A stretch of 64,000 nucleotides of DNA from a virus (IMGVR_UViG_3300022217_000228:9347-73346), one strand, 5' to 3'; positions 40,002 to 49,653 are shown, numbered from the stretch's first letter. Numbers and translations are program-made. Notes: generated from the sequence alone by a model not told the origin.

Positions 40002-40703
40002 CTATTTCAAGCCTTTACAAGTCTTAATTTTTTTCACCCACGGAGTCATACTCTGTCCTTTATAATACTCCCTGAACCGCCACGATGGCGAATACCAGGT
40101 GTCAAGCAGGTGTCCGATTGCAAAAGGGAGTCTCATGGTTAATCCCGATTCAGATCCGAATACTGGCATTTTCCAGGTACCTAACTCAGTTAGCATGAGT
40201 TCGCGTCCAGGCTTACCAATCTTTCTTTCCTTCTCTATTACTTCCTGAGATGGGAGAAGCCATTCTTTCTTCACCCCTTTGAACACATATTCCGGTGGAA
40301 CCTTCTGTCCGGTTTTCTTTGTATCATATGTGTGATACAGCAACTCTCCTACTGGGACCCAGAAGTACACGTCTATAGTTGGGGTGCCTTTTAGGAAATC
40401 CTCACCGGGTTTAAGGTGCACGTTAAAACACTTGCCGTTAATGTCATTAACACACATCTTTTTGGCCTTGTATCCATGGCCTGTGAATGAGTTGATAAGC
40501 TTGTTTTCATCACAAGCGCCATAAATGACACCGATATCAATATCATAATTGAGGGAGAAAGTTTTATCACAAATGTATTCGAGCATTCCGCCAAAGCAAT
40601 GGCACCACCATACTTTATGGCCCATATTATCTTCCATCATATCCATTATGTTTGTAACACTATCAAGAACCATTTTGGCGAGTTCAACTTTTTCATCAAC
40701 CAT
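40002..40703 (-). CDS. LicD-like nucleotidyltransferase-fold protein
   Basis: 'FGGMLEYI...YDIDIGV', 'IDVYFW'. Confidence 0.6.
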   Translation of the reverse strand: MVDEKVELAKMVLDSVTNIMDMMEDNMGHKVWWCHCFGGMLEYICDKTFSLNYDIDIGVIYGACDENKLINSFTGHGYKAKKMCVNDINGKCFNVHLKPGEDFLKGTPTIDVYFWVPVGELLYHTYDTKKTGQKVPPEYVFKGVKKEWLLPSQEVIEKERKIGKPGRELMLTELGTWKMPVFGSESGLTMRLPFAIGHLLDTWYSPSWRFREYYKGQSMTPWVKKIKTCKGLK

Positions 40704-40983
40704 ATAGGCTCCTCATTTTTCTATCCATATACGGCAATTCATTTTTTAATTGATAGACAAGCCAATCTCTTATACTCATAGGTAACTCAAATTTACTATG
40801 CTTGAACAACTTTTTCTCGCCATCTTCAAATGTTAAAACATATTCAATAGATGGTTCATATATTGAGTCTGATATTGATACTTTTTTTAATTTGTGCTCA
40901 GTAATATTCAATCTATTAATTGATATAATAGTTGCCTTAAACTGCATATCTGAATATCTTAAATCAAAAGGAAGTTTAGCCAT
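40696..40983 (-). CDS. Hypothetical protein
   Basis: 95-aa ORF overlapping both neighbours. Confidence 0.45.
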   Translation of the reverse strand: MAKLPFDLRYSDMQFKATIISINRLNITEHKLKKVSISDSIYEPSIEYVLTFEDGEKKLFKHSKFELPMSIRDWLVYQLKNELPYMDRKMRSLYG

Positions 40984-41908
40984 AAATTATCAACTCCCGG
41001 AGATGTTTTGCCGCTACTGGAATTGATAACTCGTTATCATAAGTTTCTCTGAGTTTTAATCGTTTATATGCAAGATCAGATTTTTTAATCGCTACAGCTA
41101 CAGTATGCCAGAATGATTTTGAATCCACTGTTCGAACCGGATACTTCTCTTTCCAAAATTGACAAGAATCTAAGGCGATAACCGGAATGCCGCAGGCCAG
41201 TGACTCTGGAATTATTCGTGGGCATGAATCTTCGCTTGTGTATGGGGCAATAATCACCTTGCATTTAGATATCGCTCGTGGCATTCGATCGTGCTGTATG
41301 TATTTTACCGAGAAGTTTGAAGGAGATCGGCAGGCGTGTCCCATTTGGAGAATTTTCAAGCCTTTCGGAGCAGTTTTATGCACCCATGAGACACGCTTCC
41401 GCTTATCCTTCGGCCATATTGCGGAAAATCCTACATCGTATTTTTTTTCGACAGTACGTGGAAAAAACTGTGGAGTTGCAGGTTTAATGAATAATTTCCC
41501 ATTCAATCCGCGCTTTCTGCATTTTCTAACCTGTTCTTCGCTGTCACAGAGGATCAGATTGTATTTAATACCGTCCTTTGGGATACATCCGTGGTTGGCA
41601 CCGTAGTAGACTTTCTTAGCTCGTGGATATTTTTTTAGTAAAGGAACGTATTCTTTGAATCCTCCACGAGCAATAACTATATCAGGACAATCAGCTTTAT
41701 ATCCTTTAAAAGATTTAGTTCCAGATTCAACAAAATTAGAACGATAATAAACTCTCCTATCATCATTACTATATAAAACCCTACCATAATCTTCTTCACT
41801 GACCACTCCGGCAAACAGATGGGTCCACATGTCCGTGCACTCATCGAGTGAGTTCCAGGCACATTCTTTATGCCGTTCCATGCGGCCTCTAAGAAATAGC
41901 CAATTCAT
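40976..41908 (-). CDS. GT-B glycosyltransferase
   Basis: 'DSCPRIIPESLACGIPVIA'. Confidence 0.75.
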   Translation of the reverse strand: MNWLFLRGRMERHKECAWNSLDECTDMWTHLFAGVVSEEDYGRVLYSNDDRRVYYRSNFVESGTKSFKGYKADCPDIVIARGGFKEYVPLLKKYPRAKKVYYGANHGCIPKDGIKYNLILCDSEEQVRKCRKRGLNGKLFIKPATPQFFPRTVEKKYDVGFSAIWPKDKRKRVSWVHKTAPKGLKILQMGHACRSPSNFSVKYIQHDRMPRAISKCKVIIAPYTSEDSCPRIIPESLACGIPVIALDSCQFWKEKYPVRTVDSKSFWHTVAVAIKKSDLAYKRLKLRETYDNELSIPVAAKHLRELIIYG

Positions 41909-42834
41909 AAAACTCTTTCGAAAAATGTTAGATACTGCCGTGCTATGTTATCTATATACAAATCTTTGGCAAATATATTGTCATGTTTCCAAGTTAGTAC
42001 ACTTTTCATGGCATTGATAAGCTCTTCTTGGTTTATTTTTGGTGGTTTGTCGAGATTGATTGGTTTGTATTTGAAAGGCTTATCCTTTAGCACTTTACCG
42101 TATCGCAGTATCTCTTTCGTTCCACCTTGATCGGTGCAGATTACCGGTAGCCCGGCTATTTGGGCCTCTACAACGCTATTCGGCGATGCATCCACGTATG
42201 TTAAATGGATCATAGCGTTGCATTTACAGTAAAAATTAGCTATAGTATCATCATCACATAGTCCACAGAATATTACATTGTGTGATAAATATTTTTTCCA
42301 TATACCTTGACTATCTCCTAATATATAGATATAACTATTTGCTATATTTGCATCATTGAATGCTTTAACAATTTGCTTAAGCCTTTTTTGTTTCAACCAA
42401 ACACGAGTACTTGCCATAAAATTTATTCTATCATCGTCATCATGGGAAGGTATATTATACTCTCTCGGATCAGCCCCATTAAAAATAATCGTTTCCGGCT
42501 TATCTGGATGGCACACGAGCTTGTGGTAGATTTTCTTCGAATACTTTGATTGGTAGATTATGGCATCTGCCTTCTTGATACTCTGGGCCTTTTCGTGGTT
42601 GATTTTGCGGTAGTTCATTTGAGTTGAGATACAGGCCGGACCAACGCGGAGAACTTGTTTTCTTGCCTTGTTGGAATAATGGCAGCGGCCCACATTTAAG
42701 GCAATATCAGCCTTGGCTTTTGGATCCTCAGTAATATTAACACCCATCTCTTTCCAAGCTCTAACAAGGCGGTTTGCGAACTTTGATTTTCCCGTTTTCC
42801 CACGTAGGTAATGGCTATTTATTTGGATTCGCAT
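41905..42834 (-). CDS. GT4-like glycosyltransferase
   Basis: 'IIFNGAD', 'DASPNSVVEAQIAGLPVI'; paralog of 1336-2259. Confidence 0.82.
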   Translation of the reverse strand: MRIQINSHYLRGKTGKSKFANRLVRAWKEMGVNITEDPKAKADIALNVGRCHYSNKARKQVLRVGPACISTQMNYRKINHEKAQSIKKADAIIYQSKYSKKIYHKLVCHPDKPETIIFNGADPREYNIPSHDDDDRINFMASTRVWLKQKRLKQIVKAFNDANIANSYIYILGDSQGIWKKYLSHNVIFCGLCDDDTIANFYCKCNAMIHLTYVDASPNSVVEAQIAGLPVICTDQGGTKEILRYGKVLKDKPFKYKPINLDKPPKINQEELINAMKSVLTWKHDNIFAKDLYIDNIARQYLTFFERVL

Positions 42835-43046
42835 AATACCGGAACCTTACCATCGTTCCATAAATAATAATATTTATCACCAATTTTTATAGGCTTTAAC
42901 CGATTTTTCTCGGCCCATCTTATTAGTGCATCTAGCTCTTCATTGCTTAATTTAACGTCTGGTTCATGTTTTATTTTCATTAGATAATATCCAACCAAAC
43001 AAATAAAAAGGGCAGGGGTGAGAAGCTCGAAAAGAAACCGCCCCAT
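42819..43046 (-). CDS. Small N-terminal TM protein
   Basis: Hydrophobic N-terminus LLTPALFICLVGYYLM. Confidence 0.4.
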   Translation of the reverse strand: MGRFLFELLTPALFICLVGYYLMKIKHEPDVKLSNEELDALIRWAEKNRLKPIKIGDKYYYLWNDGKVPVLCESK

Positions 43047-43114
43047 TTAACGGATAGACCGACCCTATTTTTAATCATAATGAGTTTTCGAGCCTCATCT
43101 ATAATATATCGTCA

Positions 43115-43726
43115 TTAATCATCGATGTCAATATAATAATACCGCCTTCTCTTGGTGTCATATGTAATATCGCCCATCTTCAGCGAACCGGTAGTTTTCA
43201 ACCCTGCAGCTTTCATCTTTCTTTTTACCTTGGCTACAAATCTCAAATACCCCTCTGGATTATGTTCTGGATGCTCTTTCTGATCAAGGCAATTGAAATC
43301 ATATGGATAGCCCCTGAGATAATCATTCCATGCTTTTTCATGGTAGTGTATATGGCGGGTTTTTACCCCATATGCTTTGGCTCGATGTCTCGTATTTTTA
43401 TACAGAATATTAATCTGTACTGTTATTATCTTCTCCGCCGGTGGAGATAGGCCTAGTGCGTGAAGTTTGTTTTGCTTTCGAAACATTCTTCTTACGTACC
43501 GGAGCTTTTGCGCTTTTTTCCATGCCAGGCTGTAGTAAACTTGGATCCCGACGTTTTCGCTTTTTCTTTTGTAAATCTTCACTCTTCCCTTCAACAGGAG
43601 TTCTTTCCCGAGCAGAAGTCCGTGGCATCCTTTTAGACGACCTTCTTTGTCTGTTTGATGTACCCGATCTGCTGGTGGTTTTAGTTTTACCCTCGGTATC
43701 TGTTTCGCCACCCCTCGTATCTCCAT
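43115..43726 (-). CDS. Hypothetical protein, paralog of 6136-6729
   Basis: Shared segments HIHY, YPYD, 'MGDI...YYIDID'. Confidence 0.45.
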   Translation of the reverse strand: MEIRGVAKQIPRVKLKPPADRVHQTDKEGRLKGCHGLLLGKELLLKGRVKIYKRKSENVGIQVYYSLAWKKAQKLRYVRRMFRKQNKLHALGLSPPAEKIITVQINILYKNTRHRAKAYGVKTRHIHYHEKAWNDYLRGYPYDFNCLDQKEHPEHNPEGYLRFVAKVKRKMKAAGLKTTGSLKMGDITYDTKRRRYYYIDIDD

Positions 43727-44474
43727 CGGCTTCTTCCTTTTCTTTTGTATGCATAGTTATGTTATCGATTGTATTTTTTGCATCTTCTAATACGGGTTGG
43801 GGTATTAGTGGTTTTTCTTCAGCTCCTTTAGTCTGATTTACAAGCATTTGTTTTCCACTTTCAACACGCTTTTCCCCAATAATAAAGTGAAATTTTTCAT
43901 TTGGTCCCCATTCAAGTTTAACATAAAATCCATTCCTTGCCAGGAACTTAGCTACATTCTTCGGGTGCCAAAAACCGTAACTATTATGCGTCCGTCGTCC
44001 CTTTTTATTTCTCTTAGCATAACGACTCTGAACGACAACTACATCCAGCTTCGGCAGAATCTCTTTCTCGAACATCTGCACTTCTTTGTCGCTGAAGTGG
44101 TAGAGGACGTATGAGAGGTACGCGGCATTGACACTTATTTTGAAGTCACCGCGTTCGGCACGTTTCATATATGTTTTGATACTCATGTTCAGGAAAGCCG
44201 TGTTCTTTGATTCAATCTGCTTTTGAGTTTCAAGCGCTTGGTTCCAATATCCTATTTCAGCTTCCACGCCGGTATAGTTCTTTGCTACTTGTGCAATATG
44301 ATACGCAGCGAGTCCGGCATTACAACCTACTTCGAGAACGTTTTTATCCTTAAAGACATCAATGTGTTTCAGCAGCATCGGGAATCGGACTTTGTACCGA
44401 TCAAACTTTTGATACGTACTGCTGTGTTTTCCCCAGTTTTTCGTCAGTTCTTTGTATTGGTCTTTGGTTAGCAT
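43410..44474 (-). CDS. Class I SAM-dependent methyltransferase with long overlapping tail
   Basis: 'NVLEVGCNAG', 'YTGVE', 'SYVLYH'; last ~105 aa overlap the next gene. Confidence 0.75.
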   Translation of the reverse strand: MLTKDQYKELTKNWGKHSSTYQKFDRYKVRFPMLLKHIDVFKDKNVLEVGCNAGLAAYHIAQVAKNYTGVEAEIGYWNQALETQKQIESKNTAFLNMSIKTYMKRAERGDFKISVNAAYLSYVLYHFSDKEVQMFEKEILPKLDVVVVQSRYAKRNKKGRRTHNSYGFWHPKNVAKFLARNGFYVKLEWGPNEKFHFIIGEKRVESGKQMLVNQTKGAEEKPLIPQPVLEDAKNTIDNITMHTKEKEEADGDTRGGETDTEGKTKTTSRSGTSNRQRRSSKRMPRTSARERTPVEGKSEDLQKKKRKRRDPSLLQPGMEKSAKAPVRKKNVSKAKQTSRTRPISTGGEDNNSTD

Positions 44475-44532
44475 ACTTTCTCCTTTTTTATCAGTATATA
44501 TTAAACATTTTTCTGTGACATCATTTTGGCGT

Positions 44533-45495
44533 TCACTTCACCACCTCAATCAATTTCTTCATACACTGTTCTCTGCTACCTATTTTACTTAATATAAGCT
44601 CTTTGTGGGCTTCGTTCAAGGAATTATCGGCTTCTTCAATTGCTTCAACTGCGCTATCTACGTCGAGTGCTTTGTATTTCAATGCTGTTACGCCATCTAT
44701 GCAGTGATCGCTGCAGCCGGCAAGAGAAGCATCCGGATAAACTATTGCACAACCACAAAGAGCAGCTTCTATAGGAACATTATGTAGTCCTTCTTTTGTA
44801 CTCGTGCACACCCATGTTCCAACTAAGTTGTACATTCGAATTAAATCGCTGTACTGTGCGTTTTTCACAAACCAATCAAATCTCTTCTTCGTGAACACTT
44901 TTATTTTATGATTAAGATCGACTCCGTAACCATAGTATTTGTACTTTTTCCCAAGTTTTTTTATTACTTCCATGGCGAATTCGAAGTGTTTGCGTTTTTT
45001 GCTGGAAACGAGGAATCCAATGCTTTTTGGTTCGTGGAGTTTGAGATCGCGCCATTTTTTCAGATCCACACCTTGGTACACTACATCTACCGGTTCAATA
45101 CCATGGCGCATAAACCACGTATATAGATCCTCGCTATTTACTATTACTTTAATCTTTGCAGCTTTTTTTAGAATTTTTCTTTTTGGCATGCTGTGGTTCT
45201 CAACTAATCTGCAGTACCAATAGGCCTTAGCTTTTTTCGGCATTGTTTTTAGCATAGGGTCAATGTCGCTTACTGAGCATGCTATGCATACATCGGTATC
45301 AGAAGGAATGTGTCTTAATGGTTTTTTATGTTTAATCCACGTACATTTATCTGAATGAGTAACTATATGTGTTTTATGCCCCAGCTTAGTAAGAGTTTTA
45401 CATGACATTATTATGGTTTTAGAACCACCTGTTTTATTAAGACCGCCATAATAGTGATGTTGACATGCAAATATTATTTTCATACTTTTATCCAA
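44533..45495 (-). CDS. GT4-like glycosyltransferase
   Basis: 'GGSKTI', 'EGLHNVPIEAALCGC'. Confidence 0.82.
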   Translation of the reverse strand: MDKSMKIIFACQHHYYGGLNKTGGSKTIIMSCKTLTKLGHKTHIVTHSDKCTWIKHKKPLRHIPSDTDVCIACSVSDIDPMLKTMPKKAKAYWYCRLVENHSMPKRKILKKAAKIKVIVNSEDLYTWFMRHGIEPVDVVYQGVDLKKWRDLKLHEPKSIGFLVSSKKRKHFEFAMEVIKKLGKKYKYYGYGVDLNHKIKVFTKKRFDWFVKNAQYSDLIRMYNLVGTWVCTSTKEGLHNVPIEAALCGCAIVYPDASLAGCSDHCIDGVTALKYKALDVDSAVEAIEEADNSLNEAHKELILSKIGSREQCMKKLIEVVK

Positions 45496-45917
45496 GCTAT
45501 TTTTTTAGCTTTTTCCAGAGTGATAGACTTTCCTCTTCTGAATTCTATTGTCGGATATTTAAACATGATGCAGTCTTGTTTGTGCACCCATAAAACGAAA
45601 GACCAGTGATTGCAAGCGTGCCACGATAAAAAATTTTTGACTTGATCGTCTGATAACCTACTGTGAAAAAGTTTATCACTATCGCATAATTTTACTTCGA
45701 TGAATGCCGGAAGCCAAAAACCATCTTGCGGGATAGAGCAGATGAAATCACACGGTGTCCCCCCGGTGTGAACAACTCTATTGTACTTTTTAATGAACAC
45801 CTTTTTTGTTTCCAGCTTATGCACATTTTCGAAGCTGTTTTCTTTGAAAAACCAGCGCGCCCGATCTTCTCCGAATTTACCGAGTTTCTGAGGGTTGACT
45901 AGTTGCATTTTCATCAA
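45480..45917 (-). CDS. PD-(D/E)xK nuclease, Holliday-junction resolvase (RecU/RusA)-like
   Basis: 'GKFGE...CDFI...FIEVK'. Confidence 0.6.
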   Translation of the reverse strand: MMKMQLVNPQKLGKFGEDRARWFFKENSFENVHKLETKKVFIKKYNRVVHTGGTPCDFICSIPQDGFWLPAFIEVKLCDSDKLFHSRLSDDQVKNFLSWHACNHWSFVLWVHKQDCIMFKYPTIEFRRGKSITLEKAKKIAWIKV

Positions 45918-46269
45918 ATAAATCGATCGTTGTATTGTTGTTATTTGAATTTCTATTATTCATATGTTTTAACAGATCAAGTCTTAGGTGGCAACGTTGA
46001 CACAGAGCTATTAAATTTTGTTTAGTACTATTCATTTTATTTCCATCAATATGATGCACAGTAAGAACTATTTTAGTTTCTTTAAAATCGACACCACATT
46101 CGTCTAATGTTTCTGTATATTCCCATGGATGCGAATAATCACTATTAAACCTGCCGACAATAATACCGTTTGGAGCAAAGCACAGCTCACACTTATTACC
46201 AGCATCTTTGATTACCTGTTTTGATAGCCATTTCCAATTTTCTGGATATTCTTTGTAATCTATTGGCAT
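45877..46269 (-). CDS. HNH endonuclease
   Basis: CELC ... 'LTVHHIDGNKMN...NLIALCQRCH'. Confidence 0.8.
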   Translation of the reverse strand: MPIDYKEYPENWKWLSKQVIKDAGNKCELCFAPNGIIVGRFNSDYSHPWEYTETLDECGVDFKETKIVLTVHHIDGNKMNSTKQNLIALCQRCHLRLDLLKHMNNRNSNNNNTTIDLFDENATSQPSETR

Positions 46270-46308
46270 CTTATTTCATCCACCACGTTAAGGTTAATAT
46301 TATTGCAT

Positions 46309-46539
46309 TCATGCCGGTGTGGATTCGTTGTCATATTTTGTCAATTCAACTACTATAGGCTCACTATTGAGATATCTTCTTAATTGGCTGGCACACCGAA
46401 AACAAATGTGTATATTGTCGGTACAACCATAACCACCGATAGTGAAATCATATAAATTGCTAAAATGTAGGCCATACAGCTTTGTTGGTTCGATGTCCTC
46501 ATTGCAGATGTTACACCTATACAGTTTTTTCATTGCCAT
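46309..46539 (-). CDS. Small zinc-finger protein
   Basis: CNIC ... HICFRC. Confidence 0.5.
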   Translation of the reverse strand: MAMKKLYRCNICNEDIEPTKLYGLHFSNLYDFTIGGYGCTDNIHICFRCASQLRRYLNSEPIVVELTKYDNESTPA

Positions 46540-46643
46540 TGATTACTCCTATTTAAATACTCCCGGAGACTTTCACCGCCGGGCCGGTGTCCCACTTTTG
46601 TTTTTATAACCTCGTTCAAAGTGTGGCTTAATGTCGAGGTGTA

Positions 46644-47624
46644 TTATGACAAAATCATTTCTGCTTCGACATAGGAAGCACGCAACTCAGAAACATGATT
46701 AGTCGTCATTTTCTTTTTTAATTCAGGAGTTATTTCTTTTCCGAGTTTTTTTAAATCGTCCAGAGATTCGCACAATACAATTCTCCCTTTGTATTTTTTA
46801 AGAATTGTGGTAGATTCAGACTCTTTTAGTGCGTCTTCTTTGGTTATTTGTTCGGCGTCTATTGCTGCTGTTTCATCTTCTGATTTCATGGCAGCCTGCT
46901 TACCGCCAAGAAGAGGAAGAAGTGGCTTGATAAGGTTGTCATAATTAGGCGAAATTATTGTACGACCTGATAGTATCCCGGTGCGATCCTTCTCAGCAAA
47001 TGCTGTGATTGATGCCAAACCACCCTTTTTGTCTTTAGTTGACTCCATGTGCATTAGAATGTGTGGCTCGTATGGTGTTTCACCTTCTGCCTTCATTTTA
47101 GTGCCAATGTTTTTTAATTCGCCTGTTTCTTCATCTTCTTCGAAGTCGTTGCCCTGTCGACCGCATATAATCACATGCATTGGAGAAGAAAGAAGGTAAT
47201 TGATTAATTCTTTATAGGGTTTTTTGATTTTTCCCCAAGCATGAAAAGGAATCGTACCTGCTGATGTAATTTTTCCTTTGTATGCCTGTTTTGACGCTTC
47301 CCAGATGTGAGTTATAGAGTCTATGATTATTATTCCATACTCATTTGGATTAAGTCCTTTTACGTCGCTAATTACTTCTGTAATGGAGCGGGTATAATTA
47401 GCATCAAAATCAAAGGCTCTCGGGTGTACTTTTCTTTCCTCCACATCCTTGCAGTAAAAATCTGTTCCACGCTCAGTATCAACAAATGCTATTCGTTTTC
47501 CGGTAAACGCTGCTAATCCTTCGGCACATAGGAGCGCCGTAAATGTTTTCCCGCTTCCTGATTTCCCATAAAAACCGATTTTTAATGCTGCTTGCTCTGC
47601 CTTTGCTTTTCTAAATCCAGCCAT
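46644..47624 (-). CDS. AAA ATPase, Sak4/AAA_24-like recombination protein
   Basis: Walker A GKSGSGKT, 'FVDTERG', Walker B 'IIIDSITH'; start MAGFRKAK. Confidence 0.8.
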   Translation of the reverse strand: MAGFRKAKAEQAALKIGFYGKSGSGKTFTALLCAEGLAAFTGKRIAFVDTERGTDFYCKDVEERKVHPRAFDFDANYTRSITEVISDVKGLNPNEYGIIIIDSITHIWEASKQAYKGKITSAGTIPFHAWGKIKKPYKELINYLLSSPMHVIICGRQGNDFEEDEETGELKNIGTKMKAEGETPYEPHILMHMESTKDKKGGLASITAFAEKDRTGILSGRTIISPNYDNLIKPLLPLLGGKQAAMKSEDETAAIDAEQITKEDALKESESTTILKKYKGRIVLCESLDDLKKLGKEITPELKKKMTTNHVSELRASYVEAEMILS

Positions 47625-47637
47625 AATTAAATCCCTT

Positions 47638-47772
47638 TCACCTATTGCATAATTGTAAATGGACAAATCTTTCTTTAATCTCACAAAACGATTTTACCCA
47701 CTGCTTATCAGATTTTCTTTTAACCACGATTCCACAGTGTACACACCTGTATTTTCTGATTCGTATTTTCAT
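47638..47772 (-). CDS. 44-aa ORF inside site Z (MKIRIRKYRCVHCG...)
   Basis: ATGA-coupled to upstream cassette ORF; CxxC. Confidence 0.45.
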   Translation of the reverse strand: MKIRIRKYRCVHCGIVVKRKSDKQWVKSFCEIKERFVHLQLCNR

Positions 47773-47787
47773 TGCTGTGTTATAGGC
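47640..47787 (-). repeat. Degenerate terminal attC-like site Z
   Basis: R''-like GCCTATAAC at 47779-47787 matches its cassette start (GTTGTAGGC), but stem and R' are eroded. Confidence 0.4.
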
Positions 47788-47957
47788 TGTTGGCAAGATT
47801 CCTCATTTCTTAAAATGCGAGGACAATCACCCTCTTCACAACGATGTGTTTCGTTAATTCTCGACAAACAAACATAGCCCAAATTACCCCCATGACAGCG
47901 TTCACGCGCATTACAAAACCATTTGAATTTATCGAAATCTTCATTTAATAGAAGCAT
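47769..47957 (-). CDS. Cassette ORF, Cys-rich 62 aa
   Basis: Ends QQPITQQ across R''. Confidence 0.55.
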   Translation of the reverse strand: MLLLNEDFDKFKWFCNARERCHGGNLGYVCLSRINETHRCEEGDCPRILRNEESCQQPITQQ

Positions 47958-47986
47958 TTTACTCCAATCGTTTTGAATTGCCTATT

Positions 47987-48123
47987 GCCTACAACGTTTG
48001 CGAAATGTGCGCCGTTAAAACCTATAGCCACAATGAGGACACGATTCAACGGTATCCACCTTGATTAACTTACGACAACCAGGGCACGGCTCTTTTAATG
48101 GCGCACTTTCTGCTGTTGATGGT
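47987..48123 (-). repeat. attC-like site A
   Basis: (+) GCCTACAAC...AAATGTGCGCCGTTAAAA / TTTTAATGGCGCACTTT...GTTGATGGT. Confidence 0.8.
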
Positions 48124-48299
48124 TGTGCTACGGGTTCCACAGTGTAATCAGCGCTCGACAGGAAATTTTCCAACCCTCGTAATTCTGCCTGTGCTGCCCG
48201 TTCACAACCGAGTTTAACTTCATTACCTGCTAATTGTTCAACAGCTATACTACTGGAAATAACCTTTAATCTGGACTCGATATATTCTGATAGTTTCAT
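48015..48299 (-). CDS. Cassette ORF with attC-encoded zinc ribbon
   Basis: ...STAESAPLKEPCPGC...CPHCGYRF. Confidence 0.6.
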   Translation of the reverse strand: MKLSEYIESRLKVISSSIAVEQLAGNEVKLGCERAAQAELRGLENFLSSADYTVEPVAQPSTAESAPLKEPCPGCRKLIKVDTVESCPHCGYRF

Positions 48300-48334
48300 A
48301 ATTGCGTTTATCCAATCTATTTAAGAGTAGCATT

Positions 48335-48511
48335 TCCACCAACGGACTAGGCATCCGCCCGAAGTTGCCGTTCTAAAAATTCGTGATACATTTCTGCCAT
48401 AAAAACAACATCATCTTTAATGCCACCTGCTCCAATTTCCCACAAATATTCAATAAATGATTCCTTATTGTCTTCCCATAACGGCAATTTTGGGCTGCCT
48501 GGGTTGGTGGA
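48335..48511 (-). repeat. attC-like site B
   Basis: (+) TCCACCAAC...GGCATCCGCCCGAAGTTGCCG / CGGCAATTTTGGGCTGCC...GTTGGTGGA. Confidence 0.85.
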
Positions 48512-48628
48512 TGCGTTTTCGACCTTAGTTAAAGCTTCTTTTATGCGATACCACGAATCAATAACTTTTTCTGGGTGACAAATATATTTAAAACTTGAGT
48601 CTATCGTTTTTATGTCATCAGTAAGCAT
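48347..48628 (-). CDS. Cassette ORF translating the whole of attC B
   Basis: STNPGSPKLP...RQLRADA; stop 4 nt before the crossover G. Confidence 0.6.
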   Translation of the reverse strand: MLTDDIKTIDSSFKYICHPEKVIDSWYRIKEALTKVENASTNPGSPKLPLWEDNKESFIEYLWEIGAGGIKDDVVFMAEMYHEFLERQLRADA

Positions 48629-48653
48629 AAAAGACTCCAATCAACTGAACGTT

Positions 48654-48731
48654 TCCACCAACGTCTTGGCATACCAGAAGTGCGTCAGCATTTGGGAGAG
48701 GCTTCCGAACCTGCTATTGTTTGTTATAGGC
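48654..48731 (-). repeat. attC-like site C (weak stem)
   Basis: (+) TCCACCAAC...GCATACCAGAAGT / GCTTCCGAACCTGC...GTTATAGGC. Confidence 0.65.
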
Positions 48732-48737
48732 TGTTTG

Positions 48738-49271
48738 TCAACCATCCTTATTATCCTTTTTGGAGGCGGTCTTAGCATTAGCACAAAAATCTAACCATCC
48801 TTCCTTATTACCTGTTTTCAAAAATGGCTCTGCTGCGGCTAATACCTGAAGCGCGTTCGTGTAATATGTAAGACCTTCTCCGTGACTGCCCCAAAGGTTA
48901 GTAATTCCAAGGCAGGAAGCTAACGCCGATATCGTTGCCCCATGAGCAGACTGTAGAACATCAGAGCCGTTTTTGAATATCCAATCGAGGTTAGATTTTT
49001 GTGTAGCTTCTTCTTTCTCCTCATTTCCCCATTGCTGCAATAGATCCATACGATCCGATTGAATTAATTCTAATTGTTGCTCGTAATACCATGACGATTC
49101 GCCTCTACCTTTTATATGAATGGTATATTGTTGCGATTCGCGTTTACCGCCTCCATATTGGTCTTTATATGACCCAATTACAATAGCGTAACAGTCTGAT
49201 TCAAAATGTGACATCGTGGGACCGAGGTCTTTTATTACGTGAACAAAGTCTCCTTTGTGATATTTTTGCAT
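48738..49271 (-). CDS. Cassette ORF, 177 aa hypothetical
   Basis: GGAGG RBS; N-terminal 'KYHKGDFVHV' resembles SH3-like phage proteins. Confidence 0.65.
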   Translation of the reverse strand: MQKYHKGDFVHVIKDLGPTMSHFESDCYAIVIGSYKDQYGGGKRESQQYTIHIKGRGESSWYYEQQLELIQSDRMDLLQQWGNEEKEEATQKSNLDWIFKNGSDVLQSAHGATISALASCLGITNLWGSHGEGLTYYTNALQVLAAAEPFLKTGNKEGWLDFCANAKTASKKDNKDG

Positions 49272-49312
49272 TAGTAGCCTCCAAAACTACAATATAAAAC
49301 GGTTGATAAATT

Positions 49313-49451
49313 GCCTATAACGGTTTGCGAAATGGCCGAAGTAGTGCACCCGCCGAAGCTCCCGTTGAGCTTGCACTGTTTATGTCGGGTTAGTGCGCGG
49401 CCCACGTCGGAAGTATCGAGTGCACTATTTTGACCTTTCGCTGTTATTGGC
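49313..49451 (-). repeat. attC-like site D
   Basis: (+) GCCTATAAC...GCGAAATGGCCGAAGTAGTGCAC / GTGCACTATTTTGACCTTTCGC-T-GTTATTGGC. Confidence 0.88.
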
Positions 49452-49653
49452 ATGTTGTTGCCGATTCTATAGCCAACTTTTTTCGCTGGCGTTTATATTT
49501 AATACCTTTCCAACTTGAACAAAATCCATCGCTACTAGTACGAGTATCCTGTAAATCACAGATACCAGGATTGGCGAATTTATCGTTTACCCATTTAGTA
49601 TACCAAGTACAAGAACCGCATCGTTTTTTATGTATCAAAGCGAAAAACTCCAA
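49444..49653 (-). CDS. Cassette ORF, 69 aa Cys-rich
   Basis: CGSCTWY...GICD...FCSSWK; stop TAA lies inside the R'' box. Confidence 0.6.
   Translation of the reverse strand: MEFFALIHKKRCGSCTWYTKWVNDKFANPGICDLQDTRTSSDGFCSSWKGIKYKRQRKKLAIESATTCQ

Noticed and set aside
1-45495. DNA hypermodification system
   Set aside because: No thymidylate synthase/hydroxymethylase, Tet/JBP, preQ0 or DNA polymerase genes were recognised in the window; not excluded for the radical SAM block.
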